A stretch of DNA of 64,000 nucleotides from Alphaproteobacteria bacterium (GCA_965232515.1 CBDDPY010000002.1:3648001-3712000), one strand, 5' to 3'. Counted from the stretch's first letter, positions 29,237 through 40,372 are shown. The notes: generated from the letters alone by a model not told the origin. Made by a program: numbers and translations.

Positions 29237-31068
29237 CGTCCGTCCTTATCGCTCGCCGTCTGTTTCAAGGCCGGCGCGTCCTCCGGCGGTGCGTCTTCGT
29301 CCGCCTCGTCCGCGCCTGACCCGTGCATATCACGCACGGCGCCGATTTCCGATCCCGGAAACACGTCGAGCGTCGCCTGCACCAGGGGATGCGCCGCGAT
29401 CTCGGCCGCCGCCGCCTCGGCCGCCGCCCGGCTCTGTTCGGCCAGCGTCGGCGCGCCGTCCGCCTCGTTGTTGATGGTCACGACCCAGCTGTCGCCGGTG
29501 CACGCCTCGGCGAAGTTCTTCAGCATCACCGCGAGGTTCGCGGGCGCGTTCGGCCCCGGATGGAACTCGAGCTGACCCGCCGAGAAGCTGACGAGGTGCA
29601 CATCCTCCCAAATGTGGTGGAACAGGATGCCCTGCTTGCGTTCCTCGGCCAGCGCCGCGAGCTGCGCGAAGTCGCGCAGAACAACTGTCGGCGCCGCCGG
29701 CGCGATCGGTTCGGCCGGCTCCAAGTCGGCGGGTGGCGGTTCGATCGGGGGCGGTTCTTCGACCGGTGGCATGTCCGCGGGCGGCGCTTCCACGGGTGTC
29801 TGCGCGACCGGCGCTGTCGACGCCGGCGCGGTCGCAGCGGTCGGCACGGCCGGCGCGCGCGCGGCGGCCGGATCGTCCTGCAGTTTAGCGACCAGATCGC
29901 CCGGCGGCGGCAGGTCGGCGCTGTAGGTCAGCCGCACCAGTATCATCTCGGCCGCCGCCAGCGGCGTCGGCGCCACGCGCACTTCGCCCAGGCCCTTCAG
30001 CAGCATCTGCCAGGCCCGTGCCAGCACCGGCATCGACAGCCGCCCGGCCATGTCCCGGCCACGGTCGCGTTCCTGCGCCGAGACCGTCACGTCGTCGCCG
30101 GCGTCCGGCGTCAGCTTCAGCCGCGTCAGCCAGTGCGTCAGCTCCAGCATGTCCTGCAGCACCACGACCGGATCGGCGCCGAGGTCGTATTGCGCCTTCA
30201 GCGAGGTCAGCGCGCGGCCCGTGTCGCCCGCCATCACCGCGTCGAACAGATCGAACACCTGGGCCCGGTCGGCGAGCCCCAGCATGTCCCGCACCTGCCC
30301 GGCATCGACCTTGCCGCCGGCATGCGCGATCGCCTGATCCAGCAGCGACAGGCCGTCGCGCGCCGAGCCGTCGGCCGCCCGCGCGATCAGCCGCAGCGCC
30401 TCGTCGTCGGCCGTGGCGCCTTCCTGCGCCAGAACGTGCGTGAAATGCGCGACCAGCGCGTCCGGTTCGATGCGGCGCAGATCGAAGCGCTGACAGCGCG
30501 ACAGCACCGTCACCGGCACCTTGCGGATTTCGGTGGTGGCGAAGATGAACTTCACATGCTCGGGCGGCTCCTCCAACGTCTTCAACAGCGCGTTGAAGGC
30601 CGCCGTCGACAGCATATGCACTTCGTCGATGATGTAGACCTTGTAGCGGGCCGAGACCGGCAGGTAGCGCACGCCGTCCAGCAGCTCGCGCATATTGTCG
30701 ACGCCGGTGCGGCTGGCCGCGTCCATCTCCAGCACGTCGACATGGCGCGATTCGGCGATGCCGACGCAGGCGTCGCAGATACCGCAGGGCTGCACCGTGG
30801 GCCCGCCATCGCCGTTTGCGCCGGTGCAGTTCAGCGCCCGGGCGATGATCCGCGCGGTCGTGGTTTTACCGACGCCGCGCACGCCGGTCAGGATGAAGGC
30901 GTGCGCGATGCGGTTCTCGGCGATCGCATTCGAGAGCGTCCGCACCATGGCGTCCTGGCCGATCAGCGCGTCGAAGGACTGCGGCCGGTACTTCCGGGCC
31001 AGGACCTGATAGGCGGGCGCCGCGGTCTCGGACGTTGGCTCAGGCGGACTGCTGGAAAGATCCGTCAT
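29233..31068 (-). CDS. dnaX: DNA polymerase III subunit gamma/tau
   Basis: [24 protein letters not shown] and SRCQRF. Confidence 0.97.
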   Translation of the reverse strand: MTDLSSSPPEPTSETAAPAYQVLARKYRPQSFDALIGQDAMVRTLSNAIAENRIAHAFILTGVRGVGKTTTARIIARALNCTGANGDGGPTVQPCGICDACVGIAESRHVDVLEMDAASRTGVDNMRELLDGVRYLPVSARYKVYIIDEVHMLSTAAFNALLKTLEEPPEHVKFIFATTEIRKVPVTVLSRCQRFDLRRIEPDALVAHFTHVLAQEGATADDEALRLIARAADGSARDGLSLLDQAIAHAGGKVDAGQVRDMLGLADRAQVFDLFDAVMAGDTGRALTSLKAQYDLGADPVVVLQDMLELTHWLTRLKLTPDAGDDVTVSAQERDRGRDMAGRLSMPVLARAWQMLLKGLGEVRVAPTPLAAAEMILVRLTYSADLPPPGDLVAKLQDDPAAARAPAVPTAATAPASTAPVAQTPVEAPPADMPPVEEPPPIEPPPADLEPAEPIAPAAPTVVLRDFAQLAALAEERKQGILFHHIWEDVHLVSFSAGQLEFHPGPNAPANLAVMLKNFAEACTGDSWVVTINNEADGAPTLAEQSRAAAEAAAAEIAAHPLVQATLDVFPGSEIGAVRDMHGSGADEADEDAPPEDAPALKQTASDKDGR

Positions 31069-31137
31069 GCGGGCTGCAGGTGTCGGCCTCCGGCCTGCCG
31101 TCGATTGGTTTTGGCTTCGGTATTCTGGCAGGCAGCT

Positions 31138-31232
31138 GGGAGATTGGACAACGACCCGAACCGGTCTCGTTACGGCTGCTTCCTTCCGGACCTGACCGGG
31201 TTGGCGAGGGGTCCGTCCGCCACCAACCTCCC
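31138..31232 (-). ncRNA. ffs: signal recognition particle 4.5S RNA
   Basis: Reverse complement contains CCGGTCAGGTCCGGAAGGAAGCAGCC (helix 8) closed by GGGAGGTTGG/CCAATCTCCC; upstream of dnaX. Confidence 0.95.
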
Positions 31233-31383
31233 AACCGCACTATATCAGCTTTTCCGCGCGCCGATGCAAGGCCGCCGGCGAGCACGATTGCCCTTGTCGG
31301 CTGCTTTGTGCCACCCTGCCGGCCCGCCCCGCGAACCGGTCCAAAACCAAACCCGGAACGTCCGAAGGAACGCCGTCATCGTC

Positions 31384-32316
31384 ATGGCCCATATTCATAC
31401 ATTCGCCGGCAGTCCACTGGACCGCGCCGGCAATCAGCGCCGCGACCCGGACTGGCTGGCGCAGCAATACGCCGCGCCGGACAGCCGCTTCCTGCCGCTC
31501 TGGCAGTTGCGAGCGCTGATGCGCACCGACGGCCAGCCGACGATATCCTGGCTGCCGGCGGCCGAGGTCCAACCGTTCGTCGAGCAGGGCGCCATGCTGC
31601 TGTTCCTCGGCCTGAACGACGGTCGCGCGCATTTCGCCGTCGACGTCTCGGGCGCCGGGTCCGAGCGCGAGCACCAGCCGTTCCGCGAGCACGGCCGCTG
31701 GCTCGACGTGCGCAGCGCCGCCATGCAGTGCCCCGGCCCCGACGCGGCGATCTTGGCCCAGGCGCGTTCGCTGATCGACTGGCATGCCCGGCACGGTTTC
31801 TGCGCCGTCTGCGGCCAGCCGACGGCGCCCAAGGAGGCCGGCTATGCGCGGCAGTGCACGGACGAGGCCTGCAAGGCGCAGCACTTTCCCCGCACCGATC
31901 CCGTCGCCATCATGCTGGTGTTCCACCAGGGTGACGTGCTGCTCGGCCGGCAGCAATTCTTCCCCAAGAACTCCTATTCCGCGCTCGCCGGCTTCCTGGA
32001 GCCGGGCGAGAGCCTGGAGGAAGCCGTGCGCCGCGAGGTCATGGAAGAGGCCGGCGTGCCTGTCGGCGAGGTGCGCTACCACTCCTCGCAACCCTGGCCC
32101 TTCGTCTCGAACCTGATGATCGGCTGCTACGCTTACGCCGAATCCCGCGAGATCACCCTCGACCCGCACGAGCTGGAGGAGGCCCGCTGGTTCACCCGGC
32201 CCGAGATCGCCGACATGGTCGCGAACGCCGGCCCGGACGAGTCGCTCCTGCGCATGCCCCCGCCACTGTCGATCGCCCACCAGCTCGCCAAGGCCTGGCT
32301 GCAGGAAACCGCCTGA
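31384..32316 (+). CDS. nudC: NAD(+) diphosphatase
   Basis: HGFCAVCG, FPRTDP, Nudix box GFLEPGESLEEAVRREVMEEAG, SQPWPF and SIAH. Confidence 0.95.
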   Translation: MAHIHTFAGSPLDRAGNQRRDPDWLAQQYAAPDSRFLPLWQLRALMRTDGQPTISWLPAAEVQPFVEQGAMLLFLGLNDGRAHFAVDVSGAGSEREHQPFREHGRWLDVRSAAMQCPGPDAAILAQARSLIDWHARHGFCAVCGQPTAPKEAGYARQCTDEACKAQHFPRTDPVAIMLVFHQGDVLLGRQQFFPKNSYSALAGFLEPGESLEEAVRREVMEEAGVPVGEVRYHSSQPWPFVSNLMIGCYAYAESREITLDPHELEEARWFTRPEIADMVANAGPDESLLRMPPPLSIAHQLAKAWLQETA

Positions 32317-32333
32317 GGCCGCGTGATGTGTCC

Positions 32334-32422
32334 CTGGATCGCCGGGTCAAGCCCGGCGATGACGATAAGATATTGATATCAATAAGACTTCCGTCATGGC
32401 CGGGCTTGACCCGGCCATCCAG
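32334..32422. repeat. CGTC-type REP doublet 4
   Basis: ctggatcgccgggtcaagcccggcgatgacg ... cgtcatggccgggcttgacccggccatccag; spacer contains the palindrome tattgatatcaata. Confidence 0.9.
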
Positions 32423-32447
32423 ACGGCGGCACGGCGGTGCCGGACGT

Positions 32448-33356
32448 TCAGCGGAAATTCAAGAGCAAGATAATCCCCGCGACGATCAGCAGGATGCCGC
32501 CGATCTCGCTGGCGCTGGAGCGTTCGCGGAACACGAAATACGAGACCAGGAAGGTGAAGACCAGCTCGATCTGGCCCAGCGTGCGCACATAGGCGGCGTT
32601 CTGCATGGTCATGGCCGTGAACCAGCCGATCGAGCCCAGCACCGCGGTCACGCCGACCAGCCCCGACCGCCGCCAGGTCGACAGCACCAGCGGCAGCTGC
32701 GGCCGCTCCCGCCAGATCATGTAGGCGCCCATGATCGCGGTTTGCAGGCCGATCACCCAGAGCAGCGTATAGGCCGCCGCGATCCAGGCTCCGACATCGC
32801 CCAGTGACAGCGCGGCGGCGCGGATCGAGACCGCGGTCACGCCGAAAAAGGCGCCGGACAGCAGGCCGATCATCGCCGCCCGCTCGGTCCAGGCCGTGAA
32901 CAGCCGGGTCCAGCCGGTCTGGCTCTTGACGATCGACAGCACCATCACGCCGACCATGCTGACGATGATGGCGAACAGGCCGCCGACGCTCACCGGCTCG
33001 GCCAGGATGACGATGCCGAAGACAGCGGTCTGCACCGACTCGGTCTTGGAATAGGTGGTGCCAACCGCGAAGTTGCGCAGCCCGAACAGATAGATCAGCA
33101 GCGAGGTGGCGATGATCTGGCAGATCCCGCCGAGCAGCGCGAAGCCGAGGAAGGTCGGGTTGACCGGCGGCAGCGTCATGCCGGCAAAGGCCACCAGGCC
33201 GACCACGTAGACCACCGCGACCGGCAGGCCATAGAAGAACCGCGTGAAGGTCGCGGCATTGGTGCTGAGGTCGGCCTTCAGCTGTTTCTGGATCGCCGTG
33301 CGCACGCACTGCAGGAACGCCGCCGCGATGGTGATGGGGATCCAGAGTTCGGTCAT
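32448..33356 (-). CDS. DMT/EamA family transporter
   Basis: About 10 TM segments; RNFAVGTTYSKTE and AYVRTLGQIEL. Confidence 0.88.
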   Translation of the reverse strand: MTELWIPITIAAAFLQCVRTAIQKQLKADLSTNAATFTRFFYGLPVAVVYVVGLVAFAGMTLPPVNPTFLGFALLGGICQIIATSLLIYLFGLRNFAVGTTYSKTESVQTAVFGIVILAEPVSVGGLFAIIVSMVGVMVLSIVKSQTGWTRLFTAWTERAAMIGLLSGAFFGVTAVSIRAAALSLGDVGAWIAAAYTLLWVIGLQTAIMGAYMIWRERPQLPLVLSTWRRSGLVGVTAVLGSIGWFTAMTMQNAAYVRTLGQIELVFTFLVSYFVFRERSSASEIGGILLIVAGIILLLNFR

Positions 33357-33468
33357 GTCGCCACGCCGGCGGCGGAGTCCCGCTGCCGGCCTTCAGTGTC
33401 GCTTAAGCAAGACCGAATGCTCTACGTTGTCGGATGCCGCAAGACAAGTTAGATAATGTCGATACTCC

Positions 33469-33483
33469 ATTAGCTCATCTAAT
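33469..33483. promoter_or_regulatory. LysR/GcvA-type operator (ATTAG-N5-CTAAT)
   Basis: T-N11-A palindrome containing CTAAT, between the divergent DMT and LysR genes. Confidence 0.6.
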
Positions 33484-33492
33484 ACACAGCTT

Positions 33493-34383
33493 ATGACCCG
33501 TCGCCTTCCGCCGTTGACCGCCCTACGCGCTTTCGAGGCCACGGCCCGGCATTTGAGCGTGTCGGACGCCGCCCGCGAGCTGCACGTGACACAGTCGGCG
33601 GTCAGTCAGCAGGTGCGGGCGCTGGAGTCGCATCTGGGCCTGTCGCTTTTCCGGCGCGCGGGTGGGCGGCTGCATCTGACGCCGGCCGGCCGGGACTTCT
33701 ATCCGGCCCTGCAATCGGCCTTCGACAGCATCGACGCCGCGGCGGCCCGGCTGACGGCGACGCGGGCCGCCGGCGCGCTGGCGGTCAGCCTCTTGCCCAC
33801 CTTCGCCGTGCGCTGGCTGATCCCCCGGCTCGGCCGGTTTCAGGACCGGCACCCCGAGATCGAGGTCCGCCTGATCGCGACCGTCAAGCTCGCCGACTTC
33901 ACGACCGACGACGTCGACGTGGCGATCCGCTACGGCGCCGGCCGCTGGCCCGGTCTCCGCGCCGACATGCTGATGGCCGAAGACATGTTCCCGGTCAGCG
34001 CGCCCGACCTGACGCTGGCCAATCCGGCCGACCTCGCCCGCCACACGCTGCTGCAGGTCGACGCCGACCCGCGCCGCGACGACTGGCAGCGCTGGCTCGC
34101 CGCCGCCGGCACCGCGGACCTGCAACCGGCCGGCCTCATGCGCTTCGACAGCTCGGCCCAGGCGCTGGAAGCCGCCGCCGCCGGCCTCGGCCTGGCGCTG
34201 GCGCACCGGCCGTTCGTCGTCGACGACCTGGCCCACGGCCGGCTCGTGGCGCCGTTCGACATCACCGTGCCGGCCCAGGACGCCTATTATCTGGTCTATC
34301 CCGCCGACACCGCCGACCTGCCCCGCATCGCCGCCTTCCGCGACTGGCTGATGGCGGAAGCGGCGCCGCCGGCCGCCGGCTAA
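33493..34383 (+). CDS. LysR family transcriptional regulator (GcvA-like)
   Basis: RRLPPLTALRAFEATARHLS..AARELHVTQSAVSQQVRALE and WLIPRL. Confidence 0.92.
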   Translation: MTRRLPPLTALRAFEATARHLSVSDAARELHVTQSAVSQQVRALESHLGLSLFRRAGGRLHLTPAGRDFYPALQSAFDSIDAAAARLTATRAAGALAVSLLPTFAVRWLIPRLGRFQDRHPEIEVRLIATVKLADFTTDDVDVAIRYGAGRWPGLRADMLMAEDMFPVSAPDLTLANPADLARHTLLQVDADPRRDDWQRWLAAAGTADLQPAGLMRFDSSAQALEAAAAGLGLALAHRPFVVDDLAHGRLVAPFDITVPAQDAYYLVYPADTADLPRIAAFRDWLMAEAAPPAAG

Positions 34384-34483
34384 CGCAATTCACGCATGAC
34401 AATTGCGCCGAACAAGACGTCTAATGCCGCTCGTTTGCCCACCGACCGGGGGCCGCGATCAGGAAACGAAGGAATTTACAGTA

Positions 34484-35248
34484 ATGCAGGCACTTGAAGG
34501 CCGGGCCGCCGTTGTGACCGGCGCCAGCCGCGGTATCGGCGCCGCCACGGCGCATGAACTGGCGAAACATGGCGTCGCGGTGGTGCTCGCCGCCCGCGGC
34601 CTCGGTGAGATCGAAGCGGTGGCGGGAACGATTCGCGGCGCCGGCGGCAGGGCCGAGGCCATGGCCTGCGACGTCAGCCGCTATGACGATGTCACCGCCC
34701 TGATCGAACGCTGCCGGAGCGCCTTCGGCCGGCTGGACATTCTGGTCAACAACGCCGGCGTCATCGAGCCGATCGCGCGGCTCGCCGACTCCGATCCCGA
34801 GCACTGGGACCGGATCGTCGACATCAATTACAAGGGCGTCTACCACGGCCTGCGGGCGGCGATCCCGGTGATGCTGGAACAGGGCGCGGGCATCATCATC
34901 AATATCAGCTCCGGCGCCGCCACCAGCGCCATGGAAGGCTGGAGCCATTACTGCTCGACCAAGGCCGCGGTGCTGTCGCTGACCCGCTGCGCCCACAAGG
35001 AATATGCCGACCAGGGCATCCGCGTCGTCGGCCTGAGCCCGGGCACCGTCGACACCGGCATGCAGGTCGCGATCCGGGCCTCAGGCATCAACCCGGTCAG
35101 CCAGCTCGATCCGTCGGTCCACATTCCGACCGAATGGGCCGCCCGCGCCGTCGCCTGGCTCTGCACCGAGGACGCGGCCGAGTTCGCCGGCGACGATTTT
35201 TCGCTCAAATCAGAAGACGGCCGCCGACGTGTCGGCCTGCCGACCTGA
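34484..35248 (+). CDS. SDR family oxidoreductase
   Basis: TGASRGIG, NNAG and YCSTK. Confidence 0.92.
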   Translation: MQALEGRAAVVTGASRGIGAATAHELAKHGVAVVLAARGLGEIEAVAGTIRGAGGRAEAMACDVSRYDDVTALIERCRSAFGRLDILVNNAGVIEPIARLADSDPEHWDRIVDINYKGVYHGLRAAIPVMLEQGAGIIINISSGAATSAMEGWSHYCSTKAAVLSLTRCAHKEYADQGIRVVGLSPGTVDTGMQVAIRASGINPVSQLDPSVHIPTEWAARAVAWLCTEDAAEFAGDDFSLKSEDGRRRVGLPT

Positions 35249-35254
35249 CGCGCG

Positions 35255-36115
35255 TCAGCTTTCGTAGCGCGAGGGGTGCTGGGGATAGGTGCCGAGCGTC
35301 TTGAACTTGGTGCAGAAGAACTGGATCTCCTCGAAGGCCAACTGCACGCGGCGCTCGTCGGGATGGCCCTCGATATCGGCGTAGAACTGCGCCACCTCGA
35401 ACGAGCCGCCCTCCATATAGCTTTCCAGCTTGGTCATGTTGACGCCGTTGGTGGCGAAACCGCCCAGCGCCTTGTAGAGCGCCGCCGGCACGCTGCGCAC
35501 GCCAAAGAAGAACGTCGTCATCACCGGCCCGTCCTTGACATGCGGCGTTATGCGCTCGCGCGCCATGATCAGGAACCGGGTGACGTTGTTGTTCACGTCC
35601 TGCACGTCCTCGCGCAGGGTCTCGAGGCCATAGGTCTCGGCCGCCAGCGACGAGCCGATGGCGGCAACCGTGGGATCGCCCAGCTCGGCGACCATCTGGC
35701 TGGCGCCCGCGGTATCGGCATGCACCACCGCCTTGACGCCGAGCTCGCGGATCAGCCGGCGGCACTGCGACAGCGCGTGCACGTGGCTGTGTATCTCGCG
35801 CAAGCCATCCAGTTTGGCGTCCTTCGGCGCCAGCAGCCGGTGGTTCACGGTCTGGAAATGCTCGCCGATGATATGCAGGTCCGAGCGCGGCAGCAGGTGG
35901 TGGATATCGGCCACGCGCCCGGCGACCGAGTTCTCGATCGGGATCATGCCGCGCGAAGCCCGGCCTTCCGACACCGCCGCGAACGCATCCTCGAAGGTCT
36001 CGCACGGCAGCGGCGTCATATGCGACAGCGCCTCGCGACAGGCGAGGTGCGAATAGGCCCCGACGATGCCCTGGAAGGCGACGGTGTTTTTCGGATCGGA
36101 CGATGTTTCAGCCAT
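35255..36115 (-). CDS. pheA: prephenate dehydratase
   Basis: AFQGIVGAYS, PIENSVAGRV, NVTRF and ACT domain TKLESY. Confidence 0.93.
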   Translation of the reverse strand: MAETSSDPKNTVAFQGIVGAYSHLACREALSHMTPLPCETFEDAFAAVSEGRASRGMIPIENSVAGRVADIHHLLPRSDLHIIGEHFQTVNHRLLAPKDAKLDGLREIHSHVHALSQCRRLIRELGVKAVVHADTAGASQMVAELGDPTVAAIGSSLAAETYGLETLREDVQDVNNNVTRFLIMARERITPHVKDGPVMTTFFFGVRSVPAALYKALGGFATNGVNMTKLESYMEGGSFEVAQFYADIEGHPDERRVQLAFEEIQFFCTKFKTLGTYPQHPSRYES

Positions 36116-36166
36116 GACGGTTTTCCGCGCCGCGGGCGCTCGCTTCTATTCTGTTGCCGGAGACTC

Positions 36167-36913
36167 TTAGCGGCCGGCCAGTATGCGCCGGGCGCGCTCG
36201 AGGTCGGCCGGAGTATCGACACCGAAGGGGACGGAGTCAACGAGCGCCACGTCGATGCGCATGCCGGCCTCCAGCGCGCGCAACTGTTCCAGCTTCTCAC
36301 GCCGTTCGAGATGCCCCGGTGGCAGCGCGATAAACCGCTCCAGCGCCGCGCGCCGATAGGCGTAGATGCCGAAATGATGAAAGTGCGGGCCGTCGCCGCT
36401 GGGCGCCAGGACGCGGGTGAAATACAGTGCCCGCCCTGTCCGGCTGCCCGGCGGCAGCGACACCACGGCCTTGACCACGTTCGGCGCCGTTCGCTCATAG
36501 TCCTCGGTTATCGCCGCCATCAACGTCGCGATATCGACGTCAGGCGTTTCCAGCGGGGCCAGCACGCTCTTCAGATAGGCCGGATCGATGGTCGGCAGGT
36601 CGCCCTGCAGGTTGATCACGGCGTCATGGTCGCCGGCCGGGTCGACCTTCTGCACGGCCTCGTACACACGGTCCGAGCCCGTGGCATGGTCCGGATCGGT
36701 CAGCACCGCGTCGCCGCCCGCGGCCTCCACCGCCGCCGCGATCTCGGCTTCCGCGCAAGCCACCAGCACCGGGCCGACGGCGGCCTCGACCGCCCGCCGC
36801 CAGACCTGCACGATCATCGGCTCGCCGGCGATCTCGGCCAGCGGCTTGCCCGGCAGACGCGTCGATGTCATACGCGCGGGGATCACGATTAACGGTCTGT
36901 CAGGACCACGCAT
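36167..36913 (-). CDS. kdsB: 3-deoxy-manno-octulosonate cytidylyltransferase
   Basis: [25 protein letters not shown] and [10 protein letters not shown]. Confidence 0.95.
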   Translation of the reverse strand: MRGPDRPLIVIPARMTSTRLPGKPLAEIAGEPMIVQVWRRAVEAAVGPVLVACAEAEIAAAVEAAGGDAVLTDPDHATGSDRVYEAVQKVDPAGDHDAVINLQGDLPTIDPAYLKSVLAPLETPDVDIATLMAAITEDYERTAPNVVKAVVSLPPGSRTGRALYFTRVLAPSGDGPHFHHFGIYAYRRAALERFIALPPGHLERREKLEQLRALEAGMRIDVALVDSVPFGVDTPADLERARRILAGR

Positions 36914-37101
36914 GCCCTATTCCGGTTCTGTTGCTGCGACGCCGTGCCGCATCCCGCTTCCGCGGCCGCCGGCTAGTATCCGGCGCCAGCATGGTGGGGG
37001 TCTGCGAACTGGCACGGCCAAAGCAGCGGTGTTATACGGGTTGCGGCCAATACGGGGAAGCCGTTAGGGTGCCGGCGCGGTGAATCGAGGACCGGAAAGC
37101 A

Positions 37102-37641
37102 ATGGATTCGTTTGAGCTCAACAAAATCGCGGGCGCCATCCTGGGCGCGGGCCTCCTGCTCATGGTGATCAACGAAATCGGCAACATCCTGGTGCATCCG
37201 GTCACCGACGTGTCGGTGTTGGGTATCGAAACCGAAGGCGCGGATACGGCCGTGGCCGCCGCGGCGCCGGCCGAGGAGACCGAGCCGCTGCCGGTGCTGC
37301 TGGCCGCCGGCGACGCCGAGAGCGGCGCCAAGGTGGCGCGCAAGTGCACGGCCTGCCACACCTTCGATCAGGGCGGCGCCAACAAGGTCGGTCCGAACCT
37401 GTGGGGGGTTATCGGCCGGACCAAAGGCGCGGTCGACGGCTTCGGCTATTCCTCGGCCATGGCCGATCATGGCGGGGACTGGGGCTATCAGGAAATGTTC
37501 GATTTCCTGACCAAGCCCAAGGATTACCTGCCGGGCACCAAGATGGCCTTCGCCGGCCTGCGCAAGCCCGCCGACGTCGCCGACATCATCGCCTATATGC
37601 GCGAAAACGCCGATTCCCCGCCGCCGTTGCCGACGGAGTAA
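37102..37641 (+). CDS. membrane-anchored cytochrome c (CycM-like)
   Basis: MDSFELNKIAGA anchor, CTACH, GPNL and PGTKMAFAG. Confidence 0.93.
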   Translation: MDSFELNKIAGAILGAGLLLMVINEIGNILVHPVTDVSVLGIETEGADTAVAAAAPAEETEPLPVLLAAGDAESGAKVARKCTACHTFDQGGANKVGPNLWGVIGRTKGAVDGFGYSSAMADHGGDWGYQEMFDFLTKPKDYLPGTKMAFAGLRKPADVADIIAYMRENADSPPPLPTE

Positions 37642-37654
37642 GGTTCAAACCGGC

Positions 37655-38437
37655 ATGAGCGCCGCCTGCCCGCCCGACCTGGTCGATCTGGCGGGCCGGC
37701 TTGCCGATGCCGCCGCTGATATCGTTCGCCCGCGCTTCCGCGTTCCCATTACCGTCGACATCAAGTCCGACGCCAGTCCCGTGACCGAGGCCGACCGCGA
37801 GGCGGAGCTGGCCATGCGGCATCTGATCGAGGCCGAACGCCCCGATCACGGCGTCCAGGGCGAGGAATTCGGGCATCGCGACGGCGATGGCGAGTGGCAC
37901 TGGATCCTCGATCCGATCGACGGCACCAAATCCTTCGTCACCGGCTCGACCATGTTCGGCACGCTGATCGCGCTGACCCATCGAAACGAACCGGCGCTGG
38001 GCCTGATCGACCAGCCGATCACTAACGAACGCTGGCTGGCGCACGGCGACGCGCCGACCACGCTGAACGGAAATCCCGTACGCGGCCGCGCCTGCGGCCG
38101 TCTCGGCGACGCCGTGGTCTTCACCTCGGGCCTGGAGTATTTCCGCAGCGACGACAAGCGCGCCGCCTTCGACCGGTTGTATGACGCGACGCGTTTCACC
38201 CGCTTCAGCGGCGATTGCTACGCGGTCGGCCTGCTGGCCATGGGTTTCGTCGACATCGTCATCGAAGGCGCCATGCACGTGCACGATTTCGCCGCCCTGG
38301 TGCCCATCGTCGAGAATGCCGGCGGCCGCATCAGCGACTGGCAGGGCCGGCCGCTCGACATGCAGAGCCAAAGCGAGGTCATCGCCGTCGGCGACCCGGC
38401 GCTTCACGAAGCCGTCATCAATGTGTTGGCGGGATAG
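37655..38437 (+). CDS. hisN: histidinol-phosphatase, inositol monophosphatase family
   Basis: SPVTEADR, GEEFG, WILDPIDGTKSF and GDCY. Confidence 0.85.
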   Translation: MSAACPPDLVDLAGRLADAAADIVRPRFRVPITVDIKSDASPVTEADREAELAMRHLIEAERPDHGVQGEEFGHRDGDGEWHWILDPIDGTKSFVTGSTMFGTLIALTHRNEPALGLIDQPITNERWLAHGDAPTTLNGNPVRGRACGRLGDAVVFTSGLEYFRSDDKRAAFDRLYDATRFTRFSGDCYAVGLLAMGFVDIVIEGAMHVHDFAALVPIVENAGGRISDWQGRPLDMQSQSEVIAVGDPALHEAVINVLAG

Positions 38438-38510
38438 GCTCGCGAACCTAAATCCTTTGCACCGGCGGCGTCTGCCGGACATGCTGGTTCAAGCAACCGG
38501 AAGGTCGATC

Positions 38511-40346
38511 ATGAAGCGGCCCGCAATCGCCCTCATCCTGGGACTGTTGTATGCCGGCGGCGCTGTCGCGGCCGACAATATCCGCACCACGCACGCGCTC
38601 TCGTTGTTCGACAGCGTCAAGTACGGTCCCGACTTCAGCCATTTCGAATATGTCAATCCGGACGCGCCGAAGGGCGGTCAGTTGCGGATGGAAGCGATCG
38701 GCACCTTCGATACGCTCAATCCCTTCGTGCTCAAGGGTTCGGCCGCCATCGGCCTAGGCCTGGTCTACGATACGCTGCTGACCTCGTCGCAGGACGAGGC
38801 CTCGACGAGCTACGGCCTGCTGGTCGAGAGCATCGAGCTCCCCGACGACCTGTCCTCAGTCGTCTTCAAGCTGCGCGAGGAGGCCCGCTGGCACGACGGC
38901 AAGCCGATCACGCCGGCCGACGTGATCTTCTCCTTCAACGCATTGAAGGAGAAGGGCGTGCCGCTGTTCCGCTATTACTACGCCAACGTCGTGTCCGCCG
39001 ACGAACTGCCCGGCAACAAGGTCAAATTCAGCTTCAGCGGCGGCGTGAACCGCGAGCTGCCGAGCATCCTCGGCCAGCTGCCGGTGCTGCCGAAGCATTA
39101 CTGGGAAGGCCGCGAATTCGACGCCACGACGCTGGAACCGCCGCTCGGCAGCGGTCCCTACCGCATCGCCGGCTTCGAGGCCGGGCGCGCGATCACCTAC
39201 GAACGCGTGCCGGACTATTGGGGTCGCGACTTGGCCGTCAACAAAGGCCGTCACAACTACGACCGCATCCGCTTCGACTATTACCGCGACCGCACGATCT
39301 CGCTCGAAGCCTTCAAGTCGCACGGCCTCGATTTCCGCAACGAGAACTCGGCCAAGACCTGGGCGACGCAATACGCTTTCCCGGCCGCCAGGGACGGCCG
39401 CGTCATCGTCGAGACGCTGACCGACAACAGTCCGGCCGGTATGCAGGGTTTCGTCTACAACACCCGCCGGCCGAAGTTCCAGGACCCCCGGGTGCGCCAG
39501 GCGTTGGCCCATGCCTTCGACTTCGAATGGTCGAACAAGAACATCTTCTACGATCAGTACATCCGCACCCGAAGCTATTTCGAGAATTCCGAAATGGCCG
39601 CGACCGGCCTGCCAAGCGCGGCGGAGCTGAAATATCTCGAGCCGCTGAAAGGTCAGATCCCCGACGAAGTGTTCACGGCCGAATACCAGCCGCCGGTGAC
39701 GGACGGCTCCGGCAACAACCGCCGCGGCCTGCGGACGGCGAACAAGCTCTTGCAGGACGCCGGCTGGCGCATCACCGACGGCAAGCTGACCAACACCGAG
39801 ACCGGCGAGGTCATGACCATCGAATTCCTGATCACGCAGGCCAACTCCGAACGCACGATCGCGCCCATGATCCGCAACCTGAAGCGTCTCGGCGTCGAGG
39901 CCAACATCCGCCTGATCGACACCTCGCAGTACCGCAACCGGCTCGACCAGTTCGATTTCGACATCGTCACCAGCTGGTTCCGGCAATCGCTGTCGCCGGG
40001 CAACGAGCAGCGCGATTTCTGGGGCAGCGAAACGGCCGACCGGCCGGGCAGCCGCAATCTGATCGGGATCAAGGATCCGGCCATCGACCGGCTGATCGAG
40101 CAGGTGATCGCGGCCCCGAACCGCGATGAGCTGGTCGCCGCGACGCGGGCGCTCGATCGCGTGCTGCAATGGCAGCATTTCATGATTCCGCAGTTCCATC
40201 TGAATAAATACCGCATCGCCTACTGGGACCGCTTCGGCCGGCCCGAGATCAAGCCGAAGTACGGCTTGGGCTTTTCCGATACCTGGTGGATCGACCCGGC
40301 GAAGGACACAGCCATGCAGGCGAAGAAGGCCGCGGCGCGGGAATAA
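38511..40346 (+). CDS. YejA-like peptide ABC substrate-binding protein, paralog 1
   Basis: [27 protein letters not shown] and PGNEQRDFWGS. Confidence 0.92.
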   Translation: MKRPAIALILGLLYAGGAVAADNIRTTHALSLFDSVKYGPDFSHFEYVNPDAPKGGQLRMEAIGTFDTLNPFVLKGSAAIGLGLVYDTLLTSSQDEASTSYGLLVESIELPDDLSSVVFKLREEARWHDGKPITPADVIFSFNALKEKGVPLFRYYYANVVSADELPGNKVKFSFSGGVNRELPSILGQLPVLPKHYWEGREFDATTLEPPLGSGPYRIAGFEAGRAITYERVPDYWGRDLAVNKGRHNYDRIRFDYYRDRTISLEAFKSHGLDFRNENSAKTWATQYAFPAARDGRVIVETLTDNSPAGMQGFVYNTRRPKFQDPRVRQALAHAFDFEWSNKNIFYDQYIRTRSYFENSEMAATGLPSAAELKYLEPLKGQIPDEVFTAEYQPPVTDGSGNNRRGLRTANKLLQDAGWRITDGKLTNTETGEVMTIEFLITQANSERTIAPMIRNLKRLGVEANIRLIDTSQYRNRLDQFDFDIVTSWFRQSLSPGNEQRDFWGSETADRPGSRNLIGIKDPAIDRLIEQVIAAPNRDELVAATRALDRVLQWQHFMIPQFHLNKYRIAYWDRFGRPEIKPKYGLGFSDTWWIDPAKDTAMQAKKAAARE

Positions 40347-40372
40347 CGCGCCGCCAGACCCCGAGGACCGAC

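Noticed and set aside
29233-31068. Programmed -1 frameshift in dnaX
   Set aside because: No A-AAA-AAG or poly-A slippery site seen; the Pro-rich linker is ordinary.
29323-32316. 997-aa plus-strand ORF
   Set aside because: Antisense shadow of dnaX and ffs that runs in frame into nudC; the real gene starts at 31384.
16143-32422. Repeat-spacer-repeat units as a CRISPR array
   Set aside because: Repeats are inverted doublets dispersed over kilobases, not tandem direct repeats, and there are no cas genes.
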